NCBI GenBank assembly: GCA_045594125.1
Contig: JAZNXX010000003.1
Coordinates: forward strand, 17,924-81,923
Length of the DNA: 64,000 nucleotides
DNA from: Candidatus Egerieisoma sp.
GTDB taxonomy: Bacteria; Bacteroidota; Bacteroidia; Bacteroidales; UBA932
Direction: 5' to 3'
The notes under the pieces are model-generated. The model was not told the origin of the DNA. It ran no database searches and saw only the letters and a program-made list of their open reading frames with translations. Position 1 is the stretch's first letter. Every line of letters begins with the position of its first letter. Below, piece after piece: positions 20,901 through 29,959 of the stretch. Both the position numbers and the translations under genes were made by a program.

Positions 20901-21055
20901 TTGATTATAAATTTGGAGGGTATGAGGGCTATAATAAAAAATACCACAAGCAGGTGAAAAATTATATGCAACTGCTTGTGGCTACCGGTCTTGGCTCTGT
21001 TACAGGATATCTGTGGTATGTAACAGGCAATAAAATTGAAAAGGTAGACCTTTGA
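17903..21055 (+). CDS. AddA-like UvrD/Rep-family helicase with C-terminal nuclease domain
   Basis: The ATG at 17903 is preferred over the TTG at 17888. Motifs: 'ASAGSGKTHTL', 'LDEFQDTS', 'IHKAKGLAFD', and C-terminal 'RPDRIL...VIDYKFG...YHKQVKNY'. Confidence 0.8.
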   Translation: MEKLVKVYKASAGSGKTHTLTNEYIDIILKDELAYKHLLAVTFTNKATDEMKQRILKELHKLANTPGQRGEMARSVLIRILHDYSAFAVSTIDRFFQGIMRAFARELGRMVTYSVELDSDMVRMAAIDNMFANLDKKEYKKLLEWLIGFSLERIENGESWKIEGEISKLSESLFSESFKLKNGGFSSQSVALELSERISRISELKSRLRQIKKEFEGEAFAISKRALDIIAGAGLDVTDFKGGKNGAMRTFQYLASGLRFDQELKATFLSLYNAPELWYPKSRSKEAYKYEEASNAGLNGAIGELISLYDSKLSLYLTVGYVERNLNSLGILGSIYDHILQYCREKNIILLSETTELLGRIIDGSDTPFIYERTGTWINNFMLDEFQDTSTMQWRNFEPLLSNSIANGDVNLIVGDVKQSIYRFRNSNWEILKSGIDDEFGDAVFHDKLKFNWRSAANIVDFNNDFFKYAAKAAKFIYNPMFALAEGEFSDDDPLSRHYSGVIEEIYKDLEQKLPDEKSGEDGGFVEISLFCKSDIKDGGWNYDEVVRAYLLKSVARVIRNGYRQKKIGILVRNRYQGSMVAQWLIGEGYRVISSDSLLISSSEAVNGVVNILKWIEDPDNISIKIYSILSKGNSKFPLPSPEECERLKVMPLYQMCEEVIRCHLPAEHKEDIAFLQLFLDLVLDFNVKNGSNLSAFLKWWGEDGCRKSISSPEEQDAIQVMTIHKAKGLAFDVVILPFFNSPLDHYANKSPLLWSNALSKVVGYDSPLPVRYGSGLKKTLFKEDYYQEKMEAFIDNLNLAYVAFTRPRRELIIFAETPDRDKYGDPKEDSAVSHILTSYLEHIEKKEDYNIAVREKTAVVGDEKITSLTYTIGEPAKAKSVDEDDSGWFNLGSHLSEGLDLSRIATSLQSGSVNENLTLRDKGVIMHDIFAGIRSKEDVCRIQDPQMREIVLEKLAFVEEYGWFSDSYDVYRECSIITEDGTIYRPDRILVKDGSAIVIDYKFGGYEGYNKKYHKQVKNYMQLLVATGLGSVTGYLWYVTGNKIEKVDL

Positions 21056-21070
21056 TTTTAATGAGGAACC

Positions 21071-21664
21071 TTAGATTGTCTGACCCTGGAAGATTGTAGA
21101 CTGATCGTAAGGAACAAGAACTCCAGACATTGTCAACTCATTACTGTTGAAGTTAGGGTAGATTGTAAGGTTAACCCTGTTTGTTCCTGGAACGATGAAC
21201 ATAGTCACTCTTGCAGAGATTGCAATTCCCTGAACTGAGAATGTGTAGTTAATTACACCCTTCTTGTCTGTAGTCATCTTGATATTGGAAGGTGCTCCCT
21301 CAACGGTAATGCCTCCTACACCATTAGGACCGGGATTGAAGTTGCTGGTTGCAATCTGTACAACAGCATTATTGTCGTTGATGTAGATGAAATTGGTAAT
21401 TGCCGATACATATTGCACCATACCTCTTGGAGAGGTGAGTTGGTCAACTTCCACAACAAAAGATTGGTCCTTGACAGCCTGCACACCCTTTTCATAGGCA
21501 ATCTGCTCCTGCGCTGCATAAAATTTCTTTTTAGCCTCCTTTTTGGCTTTCTTTATCTCTTTTGCACTCATTTGACCCTGATCCTGAGTCTCTTGTGCAA
21601 TAGCTTGATTTATACCTACCGATAGAGTAAGTAAAGCGACTAATAGGTAACTTAATCTTTTCAT
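21071..21664 (-). CDS. hypothetical secreted protein
   Basis: The start was moved to MKRLSYLLVALLTLSVGINQAIAQ, which gives a signal peptide. A Lys-rich helix is followed by a beta-rich domain. No confident family call. Confidence 0.5.
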   Translation of the reverse strand: MKRLSYLLVALLTLSVGINQAIAQETQDQGQMSAKEIKKAKKEAKKKFYAAQEQIAYEKGVQAVKDQSFVVEVDQLTSPRGMVQYVSAITNFIYINDNNAVVQIATSNFNPGPNGVGGITVEGAPSNIKMTTDKKGVINYTFSVQGIAISARVTMFIVPGTNRVNLTIYPNFNSNELTMSGVLVPYDQSTIFQGQTI

Positions 21665-21753
21665 AATATTAAATTTTAAAAACATACATTGAAACAAACA
21701 ATATGCCCATTTGTTTTCAGAAGGTCATATTTGTTGTCTGACACCGTCTGTAC

Positions 21754-21767
21754 ATATATATATATAT
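21754..21767. repeat. (AT)7 dinucleotide microsatellite
   Basis: Seen directly as atatatatatatat in the divergent intergenic region between 21664 and 21887. Confidence 0.9.
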
Positions 21768-21886
21768 GGTGCGGTGTTCATTATATTTCAACAAAAATAA
21801 TAATTTTTTGATAAAAATAAAATCCCAGTAATGCAACAAAAGTACTCTACCGCTGTTTTATAAGAAATTTTTAAATATTTCAAATT

Positions 21887-23065
21887 ATGAAAAAGATATT
21901 ACTACTCTCAATCATTATGCTTTCAGGCATATTCCTCTATGCTCAGGATGAAACAGTTATTGATATCCAATCCCAGCGCGGACCATATATTACAAATGGA
22001 TTCTTTGACAACTGGTTCATCTCGGCAGCCGGAGGTGTTCAGATCTACTATGGAGAAAATGACTGGCACGGCTCTTTTGGCAAGCGTCTTGCCCCTGCAA
22101 TGGATATCTCTTTGGGTAAATGGATTACACCATCAACCGGAGTCAGATTGCAATACTCCGGTTTGCAGGCTAAAGGGTGGAATTTTGGTGAATCGCCCTA
22201 TTCTCACGGCAAACCGGACGGCAATTTCTACAGGGAGAAATTCAATGTGATGAACCTGCATGCCGATTTCTTGTGGAATATCTCAAATGCAATAGGAGGT
22301 TACCGTGATGATAGATTCTGGGATGTTATTCCATATGTAGGTTTCGGATGGGCAAGGTCGGCTGCAAATGATATCCATAAAAATGAGTTGGCTGCAACCG
22401 TCGGTATCCTCAATACCTGGAGAATTTCCGATGCGCTTGACTTCAATCTTGAGGCTAAATTGATGATGGTAAATGAGAGATTCGACTATGTAGTAAGGGG
22501 AAAGGCATTTGAAGGGATGGCAACATTGACAGCAGGTCTCACATACAACTTTCCTGCAAGAACATTCAAGAGGGCTTCGGATATTATTGTTATAGAGGAT
22601 AATACACAATATATCAATACTATAAATGATCTTGAGAGACAATTGGCAAAAGCCCGTGCTGCCCACGATGCAATGCAGAGCGAATTGGCCGCAGAGAGGG
22701 AGAGAATTCCTGAGGTAGTAACCGAACCATATCCGGTAATGCCTGATTTGGCAATCTTTTTCCAGATAGGCAAGGCCAAGATTACAGATAAGGAGATGAT
22801 AAATCTGGGATATATTGCCGATGTAATCAAACAGGTTCCCGACAAGAAGTTTATCCTCTTTGCTTCGGCCGACAAGGAGACAGGTACGCCTGATTTCAAC
22901 CAGAAATTGAGTGAGAAGAGGGGCAAGGCTGTTTATGATATCCTTACTGAGAAATATGGTGTCAACCCTGAACAGTTGACAATAGAGGCGGTAGGTTCAA
23001 GCGACCAGCGTTTTGACGGTGCGTCATTCAACAGGGTTGTAATTATTGAGGATGTAGAGATGTAG
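21887..23065 (+). CDS. OmpA family outer-membrane protein
   Basis: 392 aa with a signal peptide, an N-terminal beta-barrel and a coiled-coil linker. The C-terminal OmpA-like domain reads 'FFQIGKAKI...ADKETGTPDFNQKLSEKRGKAVYD'. Confidence 0.85.
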   Translation: MKKILLLSIIMLSGIFLYAQDETVIDIQSQRGPYITNGFFDNWFISAAGGVQIYYGENDWHGSFGKRLAPAMDISLGKWITPSTGVRLQYSGLQAKGWNFGESPYSHGKPDGNFYREKFNVMNLHADFLWNISNAIGGYRDDRFWDVIPYVGFGWARSAANDIHKNELAATVGILNTWRISDALDFNLEAKLMMVNERFDYVVRGKAFEGMATLTAGLTYNFPARTFKRASDIIVIEDNTQYINTINDLERQLAKARAAHDAMQSELAAERERIPEVVTEPYPVMPDLAIFFQIGKAKITDKEMINLGYIADVIKQVPDKKFILFASADKETGTPDFNQKLSEKRGKAVYDILTEKYGVNPEQLTIEAVGSSDQRFDGASFNRVVIIEDVEM

Positions 23066-23108
23066 GCAAATTTACAGATAGACCACAATTAAACAATGTA
23101 TAGTTAAG

Positions 23109-24542
23109 ATGAAAAGAGTAAAAATTTTTATTTGTACTCTTGTCACAATCGGGGCGGCATCATTTACAATGGTAAATGGTGCCGTTGCTCAAGATGACGG
23201 GAGTAAGAGCGGGAGGGATATGGTCATCCTCGACGGTAATGCATCCGCCCACTCAGTTGAATTGCCTCAGACTATAAAGTCGGGTGAGGAGAAAGATTAT
23301 GTATTTCTCTTTGGCAATGTGCATCGCGATACGGCAGTCCTCCGGGTTCTGTTACAGAATGCCCCTGACTATTTCAATGCCCCTGATATGCCACGGTTTG
23401 CCATAATCGGCAAAGAACGTAAATTTTACCTTGGAATAGGAGGATTTGTCAAGAGTTCGGTAAGTGTTGATCTTGGCAATCCGGTGGAGAATCCACTCTG
23501 CTTCGTAACCTCTTCCATCCCAATGGATAACCGGGCGGGAGATGATGCGTTGCTCCAAATGAGTGCGGGAGCATCCAATCTCTTCTTCAACTTTGTAGCT
23601 TTGCCACATACAAGAAATCAGATAGGAGCCTATTTCAATTTTGATTTTTCCGGAAATAATGCCAACTACGGCTTTTCATTAAAATCGGCATATCTTACCT
23701 ATAAGGGATTTCTTATAGGCTATAATCCAAGCCTCTTTACAGATGGAGCGGCCTCTGCGCCAACTGTAGACCAGCAGGGTCCCAATGCAATGACCTTTCT
23801 CTTCAATGCGGTAATTGATTATCAGTACAGGATAAACAGCCACTGGAAGGTTGGTGCCGGATTGGAGCTGCCTGTTGTAGATGCCACATATAATAACCGT
23901 TCCTATGCTGTGAACCAGAGGATTCCGGATATTCCATTCTATGGTCAATACAGCTGGGCAGATGGAGCGGGATGGATAAGGGTCTCTGGGGTATTGAGAA
24001 ATATGTACTATCGAGATATTGACAGGAATAAAAATAGGGATATTGTAGGATATGGAGTTAAATTGAGCGGATGCACACCATTGGGAGGCGGTTTCAAAAT
24101 GTTTTATCAGAGTGTTTTTGGAGAGGGTATAAGCAGTTACATACAAGATATGCAGGGGCTGGGTCTTGATATGGTTCCTGTCACATCTGGCGATGGCGCA
24201 GACGGTACGCTCAAGAGAGTTTCAGCCTGGGGCTCATATTTGGGATTCCAATGGCAGATATCAAACAAATTCCTCACATCGGCAACATTCAGTATGGTTG
24301 AGTCGGATTTGCCGGAATCAGAATACAAAACATTTGTACCGGGAAGGGAGATCCGTCTGCATAATGATTTTATGCCGTCTGATACCTATAAAAGCGCAAA
24401 ATATGTTGTTGCCAACCTCTTCTACAACATAACACCCTATATAACAGCCGGTGTTGAGTATCTGTGGGGATGCCGGGAGAATGTAAATGGTGAATTCAAG
24501 CAGGATACAAGATTGCAGAGTGCTTTGAGAGTGAATTTCTAA
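23109..24542 (+). CDS. putative outer-membrane porin (beta-barrel)
   Basis: 477 aa with a signal peptide ending in AVAQ, alternating aromatic/Gly-rich strands and a terminal 'ALRVNF'. The subfamily was not resolved. Confidence 0.55.
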   Translation: MKRVKIFICTLVTIGAASFTMVNGAVAQDDGSKSGRDMVILDGNASAHSVELPQTIKSGEEKDYVFLFGNVHRDTAVLRVLLQNAPDYFNAPDMPRFAIIGKERKFYLGIGGFVKSSVSVDLGNPVENPLCFVTSSIPMDNRAGDDALLQMSAGASNLFFNFVALPHTRNQIGAYFNFDFSGNNANYGFSLKSAYLTYKGFLIGYNPSLFTDGAASAPTVDQQGPNAMTFLFNAVIDYQYRINSHWKVGAGLELPVVDATYNNRSYAVNQRIPDIPFYGQYSWADGAGWIRVSGVLRNMYYRDIDRNKNRDIVGYGVKLSGCTPLGGGFKMFYQSVFGEGISSYIQDMQGLGLDMVPVTSGDGADGTLKRVSAWGSYLGFQWQISNKFLTSATFSMVESDLPESEYKTFVPGREIRLHNDFMPSDTYKSAKYVVANLFYNITPYITAGVEYLWGCRENVNGEFKQDTRLQSALRVNF

Positions 24543-24588
24543 TTTGATAGGCAGATCTCACCTTTTCTGCATTTTATAGAGATAACAA

Positions 24589-24622
24589 AACCCCAAAAGT
24601 TTTATCTATGACTTTTGGGGTT
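24589..24622. terminator. bidirectional rho-independent terminator
   Basis: 12-bp stem aaccccaaaagt/acttttggggtt between convergent genes. Confidence 0.6.
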
Positions 24623-24631
24623 CATTTTATC

Positions 24632-25198
24632 TTATCTGACACCTTTCTTAAGATTGAATGCTGTACTCATAAGTGTGCAGCCGGCGATGATGCAACTAAC
24701 TCCCACCCAAACAATGACTGCCTCAACTCCAAATAACAACGGATACAGGATTATAATAAATGAGCAGACAATAAGAGCCAATGCCCAGATGATAGTCCAG
24801 CCCCATCCCGACCCCTTTACATCACTGAGGTCGCTGCCTATGCCAATCAAGGTAAATCCCTTGAAGAGGAGCCAGAAGCCGAGGAAGTAAGGGAGTACCG
24901 CCGCTGAAATGAATGGCATAAGGGTAAGCAGAATGCCAAGGATAACCTCAATGATTCCGGATATCATCAGCCATCCTCTCCGATTCAATGTTTTTGTTGT
25001 AGAGACAACAATGTAGACAATACCCGAAATGAGGATAGTAATGCCGAATAGCAGTGACATTGTTGCATAACTGATTACAGGAAAGAGAAAAACTGCAATT
25101 CCCAATAGAGCTACAATAATTCCCGAGGTAAGGATCAACCACCAGTATTTTATACAACCGTGGTATTTGTCGGATAAATAATTTAAAATTCTCTCCAT
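24632..25198 (-). CDS. HdeD/DUF308 family membrane protein
   Basis: The start was moved to MERILNYLSDKY. Repeated TM pairs are present, e.g. 'WWLILTSGIIVALLGIAVFLFP' and 'GWLMISGIIEVILGILL'. Confidence 0.7.
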   Translation of the reverse strand: MERILNYLSDKYHGCIKYWWLILTSGIIVALLGIAVFLFPVISYATMSLLFGITILISGIVYIVVSTTKTLNRRGWLMISGIIEVILGILLTLMPFISAAVLPYFLGFWLLFKGFTLIGIGSDLSDVKGSGWGWTIIWALALIVCSFIIILYPLLFGVEAVIVWVGVSCIIAGCTLMSTAFNLKKGVR

Positions 25199-25324
25199 CT
25201 TTTTAATAATTAAACAGTGATTTTTAGAATTATATAAAAGTTCAGCACCCAACGGTAAATTGTATTTTTCTGCACAATTTCTTTTTGGAGTCACTATAGT
25301 TTCGCAGCAGAAAACGAAACTCAA

Positions 25325-25933
25325 ATGACAAAGAAAATGGACGCAAAATTCAAATTTTCAAAGGTGCAGACCTCCATTTGCCTTAAATTGATTGTAGCAA
25401 TCTGTATGCTCCTACCACCCGGTGTGGCTACAGCGCAGCGGATGACGGCCTCTACAAACCTTCTCAATTATCTCAACTTTGGAACAATCAACGGTGAGTT
25501 TGGTTTAGCTCTCAACCAACATTTATCGCTCTCTATCCAGGTGAAATATAACCCTTTTATATATATATACAATTCAGGTGAAAGCCAGTTCCAGAACAAG
25601 CAGTTGACTGCAGCGGGCGGATTAAGATACTGGCCGTGGCATGTATGGTCGGGCTGGTTCGTATCAGGAACAGTAGGCGGTACAGAATTCAACAGAGGTG
25701 GAATTATTTCTCAGGAGACCTATGAAGGGAGTGCTGTTGGAGTGACATTGGGGGGAGGCTATGCACTGATGCTCAATCCCCATCTCAATATGGATTTTGG
25801 GGTGGGAGTTATGGGGGGCTATGCAGATTATGTAAGATACAGGTGTCCCAAATGCGGTCCGGTGGAGATGAGGCAGAAGAGGCTTTTCATCGCTCCAAAC
25901 AATATTCTGGTGCAGCTGTCGTATCTCTTCTGA
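25325..25933 (+). CDS. DUF3575-like outer-membrane beta-barrel protein (first gene of pilus locus)
   Basis: 202 aa with a signal peptide and beta-barrel-like repeats. The DUF3575 / DUF3868 / fimbrillin gene order is typical of Bacteroidales. Confidence 0.6.
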   Translation: MTKKMDAKFKFSKVQTSICLKLIVAICMLLPPGVATAQRMTASTNLLNYLNFGTINGEFGLALNQHLSLSIQVKYNPFIYIYNSGESQFQNKQLTAAGGLRYWPWHVWSGWFVSGTVGGTEFNRGGIISQETYEGSAVGVTLGGGYALMLNPHLNMDFGVGVMGGYADYVRYRCPKCGPVEMRQKRLFIAPNNILVQLSYLF

Positions 25934-25977
25934 TATAATCAAGGAATATATTGTCGGATTAATGATTATGCAAAATT

Positions 25978-27993
25978 ATGGCGTGTAGGCTTCGTGAAAA
26001 TATTTCTCACCTCTTATTGCTCACACTTCTCATTCAGGGGCTATACTTGGGGAGCGGGTGTACCAACAGGAAGAAATTGAAAGAGTTGAATTACCAGAAG
26101 GTGGTTGCCGGTCTTTCAATGGGTAGCCAGGAGGTGGAGTTTGCCTCTGTGAGGGACTCGCTTCTCGAGAGTGCACCTGAGGAGAGGATAGCTGTTGTGG
26201 ATATACAGGGAAAGGTGTTGATAATGGATGCTGTCAAGGATGATGAATCGGGAGAGATGGTCATTACAGACAGACTAAAGGCGGTGGTGGTAGAGGCGAA
26301 GTTCAGGAATATTGCTGAGCGCAATGGCTTCGTTGATATTGCCTTTGAGGTTAGTGTTCCGCCTGTTATGTTGAGTTCTGACTGGCAAGTGAGACTTGCG
26401 CCATCTCTCTTTTATCTTGATGATACATTGTCGTTGGAGAAGATATATATAACAGGAGAGAGATATCGCGAAGAGCAGTTGCGCGGTTATGAACTTTATA
26501 ACAAATTTCTTAACTCTATACTGCCAGACTCTTGTGACTTTATGGCCACATACACCCGCAGACATCTGCTGGAGACATTTCTTGAACGTAATTTCCAGAA
26601 GATAGCTCGGCTTAAAGAGGATTCGTCATTTGTGGAGGCCAGTTATGCGGAGAGCCTCTTTGGAGTTTCAGAACTTGCTGCAATTGAACATTATACCAAG
26701 AATTACCTTATAAGGAGGAATAACAGACGAATCTCAAATAAAGAGAAGATGTTTGCCAAATATGTAAAGGTACCAATTGATGTGAATGGCGTAAGGCTCG
26801 ATTCTGTGGTGGCAGATGCCGATGGTACAGTAAGGTACCACTATGTCCAGACAATAAGGAGCACCAAAAATCTCCGTAAGGTTGACCTTATTCTTGATGG
26901 AGAACTCTATAAGGGAGACAAGAGGCTCTATTCTATGCCAACTTCAGATACGCTTACATTCTATATAAGCTCAATGACATGGTTTGCAGACAGGTCAACA
27001 CGCTATCTCAAGAAGATAATCTCAAGAAATGCAATGGCGAACACCTCTGCTTTTATAGATTTCTCACTCGGGCAATTCCGGCTTGACGACACATTGCATT
27101 CTAATGAAAAAGAACTGGAACGGATAAAGCGCAATGTGGCAGATATATTAAGTATTGATGATTATGTAGTGGACTCACTCAAGATAACTGCATATTGTTC
27201 TCCAGAGGGCAGCTTCAGTTTCAACAGCCAGCTGGCCCGCAAAAGGGCCCACTCAATCAAGGAGTATTTTCTCAACTATATAGCGAGTTATAAGGACAGT
27301 GTCAGAAATTCCACTTGGGAACTGGGATTGGGGGATGACAATAAGGGGGGAGAAAGAGGTTACGGAGCCGATGAAACTTACACAAAACCTGCAGAAGGGT
27401 TGATAAAGGTGGCTTGGCAAGCTGAACATTGGGAGAAACTGAAAAGACTTATACTTCGGGATAGTACAATTGAGGGCGCTTCAATAGTAGAGCGTTTATG
27501 GAGCATTGAAGATCCTGATACACGGGAGAAACTTCTCAGAAGCTTTAAAGAGTACCGCTATATAAGGGAGCAATACTATCCGTTACTGCGCACTGTCCAG
27601 TTTGACTTTTTCCTCCACAGGAGGGGAATGATAAAGGATACTATCCATACAACAGAAGTTGACACCCTCTATATGAGTGGGGTAAAGGCTCTTGAAGAGC
27701 GCGATTTCCAGAAGGCTGTAACAATTCTCCGTCCTTATGGTGATCTCAATTCTGCAGTAGCCTATATCTGTATGGATTACAATAATTCGGCACTTCATAT
27801 TCTGGAGAATCTCCCTAAAAGCGCATTCAGGGATTATATGTTGGCAGTGGTCTATTCAAGACTCGGCAACGAGCAGATGGCAGTTGAACATTTTATCCAC
27901 TCTGTAGCACAGGATCCCTTTATGAAACATCGTGGAAATCTTGATCCGGAGATATCATCTCTGGTGAAAAAATATCAATTAACCAATTTATAA
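25978..27993 (+). CDS. DUF3868-like lipoprotein with OmpA-like segment and C-terminal TPR
   Basis: 671 aa with lipobox 'LGSGC', the OmpA-like segment 'AYCSPEGSFSFNSQLARKRAHSIKEY', and a TPR-like C-terminus. Confidence 0.55.
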   Translation: MACRLRENISHLLLLTLLIQGLYLGSGCTNRKKLKELNYQKVVAGLSMGSQEVEFASVRDSLLESAPEERIAVVDIQGKVLIMDAVKDDESGEMVITDRLKAVVVEAKFRNIAERNGFVDIAFEVSVPPVMLSSDWQVRLAPSLFYLDDTLSLEKIYITGERYREEQLRGYELYNKFLNSILPDSCDFMATYTRRHLLETFLERNFQKIARLKEDSSFVEASYAESLFGVSELAAIEHYTKNYLIRRNNRRISNKEKMFAKYVKVPIDVNGVRLDSVVADADGTVRYHYVQTIRSTKNLRKVDLILDGELYKGDKRLYSMPTSDTLTFYISSMTWFADRSTRYLKKIISRNAMANTSAFIDFSLGQFRLDDTLHSNEKELERIKRNVADILSIDDYVVDSLKITAYCSPEGSFSFNSQLARKRAHSIKEYFLNYIASYKDSVRNSTWELGLGDDNKGGERGYGADETYTKPAEGLIKVAWQAEHWEKLKRLILRDSTIEGASIVERLWSIEDPDTREKLLRSFKEYRYIREQYYPLLRTVQFDFFLHRRGMIKDTIHTTEVDTLYMSGVKALEERDFQKAVTILRPYGDLNSAVAYICMDYNNSALHILENLPKSAFRDYMLAVVYSRLGNEQMAVEHFIHSVAQDPFMKHRGNLDPEISSLVKKYQLTNL

Positions 27994-28012
27994 ACAATTA
28001 AAAATTAAATTT

Positions 28013-29122
28013 ATGAAAAGAGACTTGATTAAAAATGGCAGTGTAAGAACTTTTGCAACATTTGCAATCTCAATGGCAATCCTGTTTGGAACTGCATCTT
28101 GTGACAAATCTGAAACTACGCTCCCTTATGAGCAGGAGGAGAGCATTGTGGAGAAGGAGTGTTCTTTCAGAATCTCCCTTGTGCCTCAGACAAGGGCAAC
28201 GGGTGCAGGACACGGAGTACAGTCGGATGACAACATTGTAAACAAAGTTGAATTCTTTATCTTCCGTAATGAGGGTGAGGATTCTGGAAACCTTGATACA
28301 TACAAGAAGATAGAGGGGGACGAGCTGGTCTCTCTTACAGATATCTCCATTACCAGTACAACCGGAGCCAAAAAGATTTATGTGGTTGCAAACTCCCATA
28401 TTACTGATTGGGGAAGCATCTCTACAATCAGCGACTTTGAGAGTAAAGTCTCAATGTTGAACAGCGAACAGATTAAAGATTTTACAATGATCGGAAATGC
28501 AGAAGTAACACTCCAGAGTGCAACGGATGTGACAATACCTATCTCCAGATTGGTAGCAAGGGTTCTGCTTTCAGGTATCAGTACCAATTTTGCAGGTACT
28601 CCGTATGAGGGAGAGGAGCTCTCGAATGTAAAGGTCTATCTGATCAATGCCAATGGAGAGAAGAGATACATTGACGGTGCGGATGATGCAACTCCTGTCA
28701 TCTTCAACAGCAAATCTGCGGTAGCAGACGATATCGCTTCGTTTGGGATGGCAAACTGCATTTATGATGAGATTACACAACCTGTCACCGACGCTGGTTA
28801 TACGACAGAACACTATTTCTACTGTTATGAGAATATGGCAGAAGAGGAGAATGATGATGTGAGCTTTACCCGATTGGTTGTCCAGGCTGATCTTTGCGGC
28901 ACAACCTACTATTATCCGGTAAATATAAACCGTGAAGGGTTCGGGCATACAGGTGAGAGCGACCACGCCGGAGTAAGAAGCAATACTTCATATAGCCTTA
29001 ATATAACAATAACCCGTCCGGGATCATTGGAGCCGGATGATATTCTTGAATATGGAGCACTCTCTGTAGATCTTAATGTAGCCGACTGGATTACCATACC
29101 TGTAGTAATGGTTAACTTTTAG
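28013..29122 (+). CDS. fimbrillin (FimA/Mfa1 superfamily, type V pilus stalk candidate)
   Basis: 369 aa with lipobox 'GTASC' and an Arg-containing pro-peptide site 'PQTRATG'. The motifs 'KIYVVAN' and 'RLVARV' are typical of fimbrillins. Confidence 0.6.
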   Translation: MKRDLIKNGSVRTFATFAISMAILFGTASCDKSETTLPYEQEESIVEKECSFRISLVPQTRATGAGHGVQSDDNIVNKVEFFIFRNEGEDSGNLDTYKKIEGDELVSLTDISITSTTGAKKIYVVANSHITDWGSISTISDFESKVSMLNSEQIKDFTMIGNAEVTLQSATDVTIPISRLVARVLLSGISTNFAGTPYEGEELSNVKVYLINANGEKRYIDGADDATPVIFNSKSAVADDIASFGMANCIYDEITQPVTDAGYTTEHYFYCYENMAEEENDDVSFTRLVVQADLCGTTYYYPVNINREGFGHTGESDHAGVRSNTSYSLNITITRPGSLEPDDILEYGALSVDLNVADWITIPVVMVNF

Positions 29123-29124
29123 AG

Positions 29125-29958
29125 ATGGGAAGATATATATTTTTGGCAGGAATAATATATATCGCAATAAGCTCATGCTCAACAATCAGAGAGGATAGAG
29201 ATGAATGTCCTTGCTGGAGTACTATAGATTTTTCTCAGGTAGACAGCTCTATATCCTCTCTTCATATATGGTTCCTGTCAGAAGATGATGAACTGTTGTT
29301 GAGAGACACATTGTTTCCGGATAATTACGGTATACCCTATAATGTTGAACTTGAGAGGGGCAAATTGCGGTATTATGTGTGGGGGAATATACGCTCCTGT
29401 ATGGAGCTCAATGATATTGGAAAGAGCTCCTCCACACTATTCAGGAGGGACAGTTCCGAAGCAGATTCCTTATTTTTCTACGGTAACTGTATAGATGCAG
29501 CGGGAGAATCCTGTTGTGATACAGTCATTGTCGGTAAGGAGCATATATGTGTGGAGGTTGTACTGCTCGGAGTAGCAGAGGAGATTGGCTTGCCTGTGTT
29601 GGAACTCTCCGGGGCTGCATCGGGTTACAGGATAGACCGTACCATTGTGGATGGTGAATCTCCCATAGTGGCTACCCCTGTTGTGGACAATTCTGGCAAC
29701 TACAGGTTCAATTTCGTTATGACACGCCAATCCTCAATGGAAAAAGTGGTTTTTTCACTCTTCTTCGAAAGGGAAGGCGGTGAGAGGATAGAGTCTGTGG
29801 AGGAGTATCCGTTGGGTAGGGTTATGGAGTCCTCAGGCTTTGATATGGAACGCAAGGATCTTGCGGATGTAAAGATAGTGATTGACACTTCGTTGGGGTT
29901 ATTTACCCTAAAATGTGAAGATTGGCATTCAGTTTCACCTATAAAGATTAGATTTTGA
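29125..29958 (+). CDS. FimB/Mfa2-like pilus anchor candidate
   Basis: 277 aa with lipobox 'AISSC'. Its size and its position 2 nt after the fimbrillin gene fit an anchor subunit. Confidence 0.5.
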   Translation: MGRYIFLAGIIYIAISSCSTIREDRDECPCWSTIDFSQVDSSISSLHIWFLSEDDELLLRDTLFPDNYGIPYNVELERGKLRYYVWGNIRSCMELNDIGKSSSTLFRRDSSEADSLFFYGNCIDAAGESCCDTVIVGKEHICVEVVLLGVAEEIGLPVLELSGAASGYRIDRTIVDGESPIVATPVVDNSGNYRFNFVMTRQSSMEKVVFSLFFEREGGERIESVEEYPLGRVMESSGFDMERKDLADVKIVIDTSLGLFTLKCEDWHSVSPIKIRF

Positions 29959-29959
29959 T

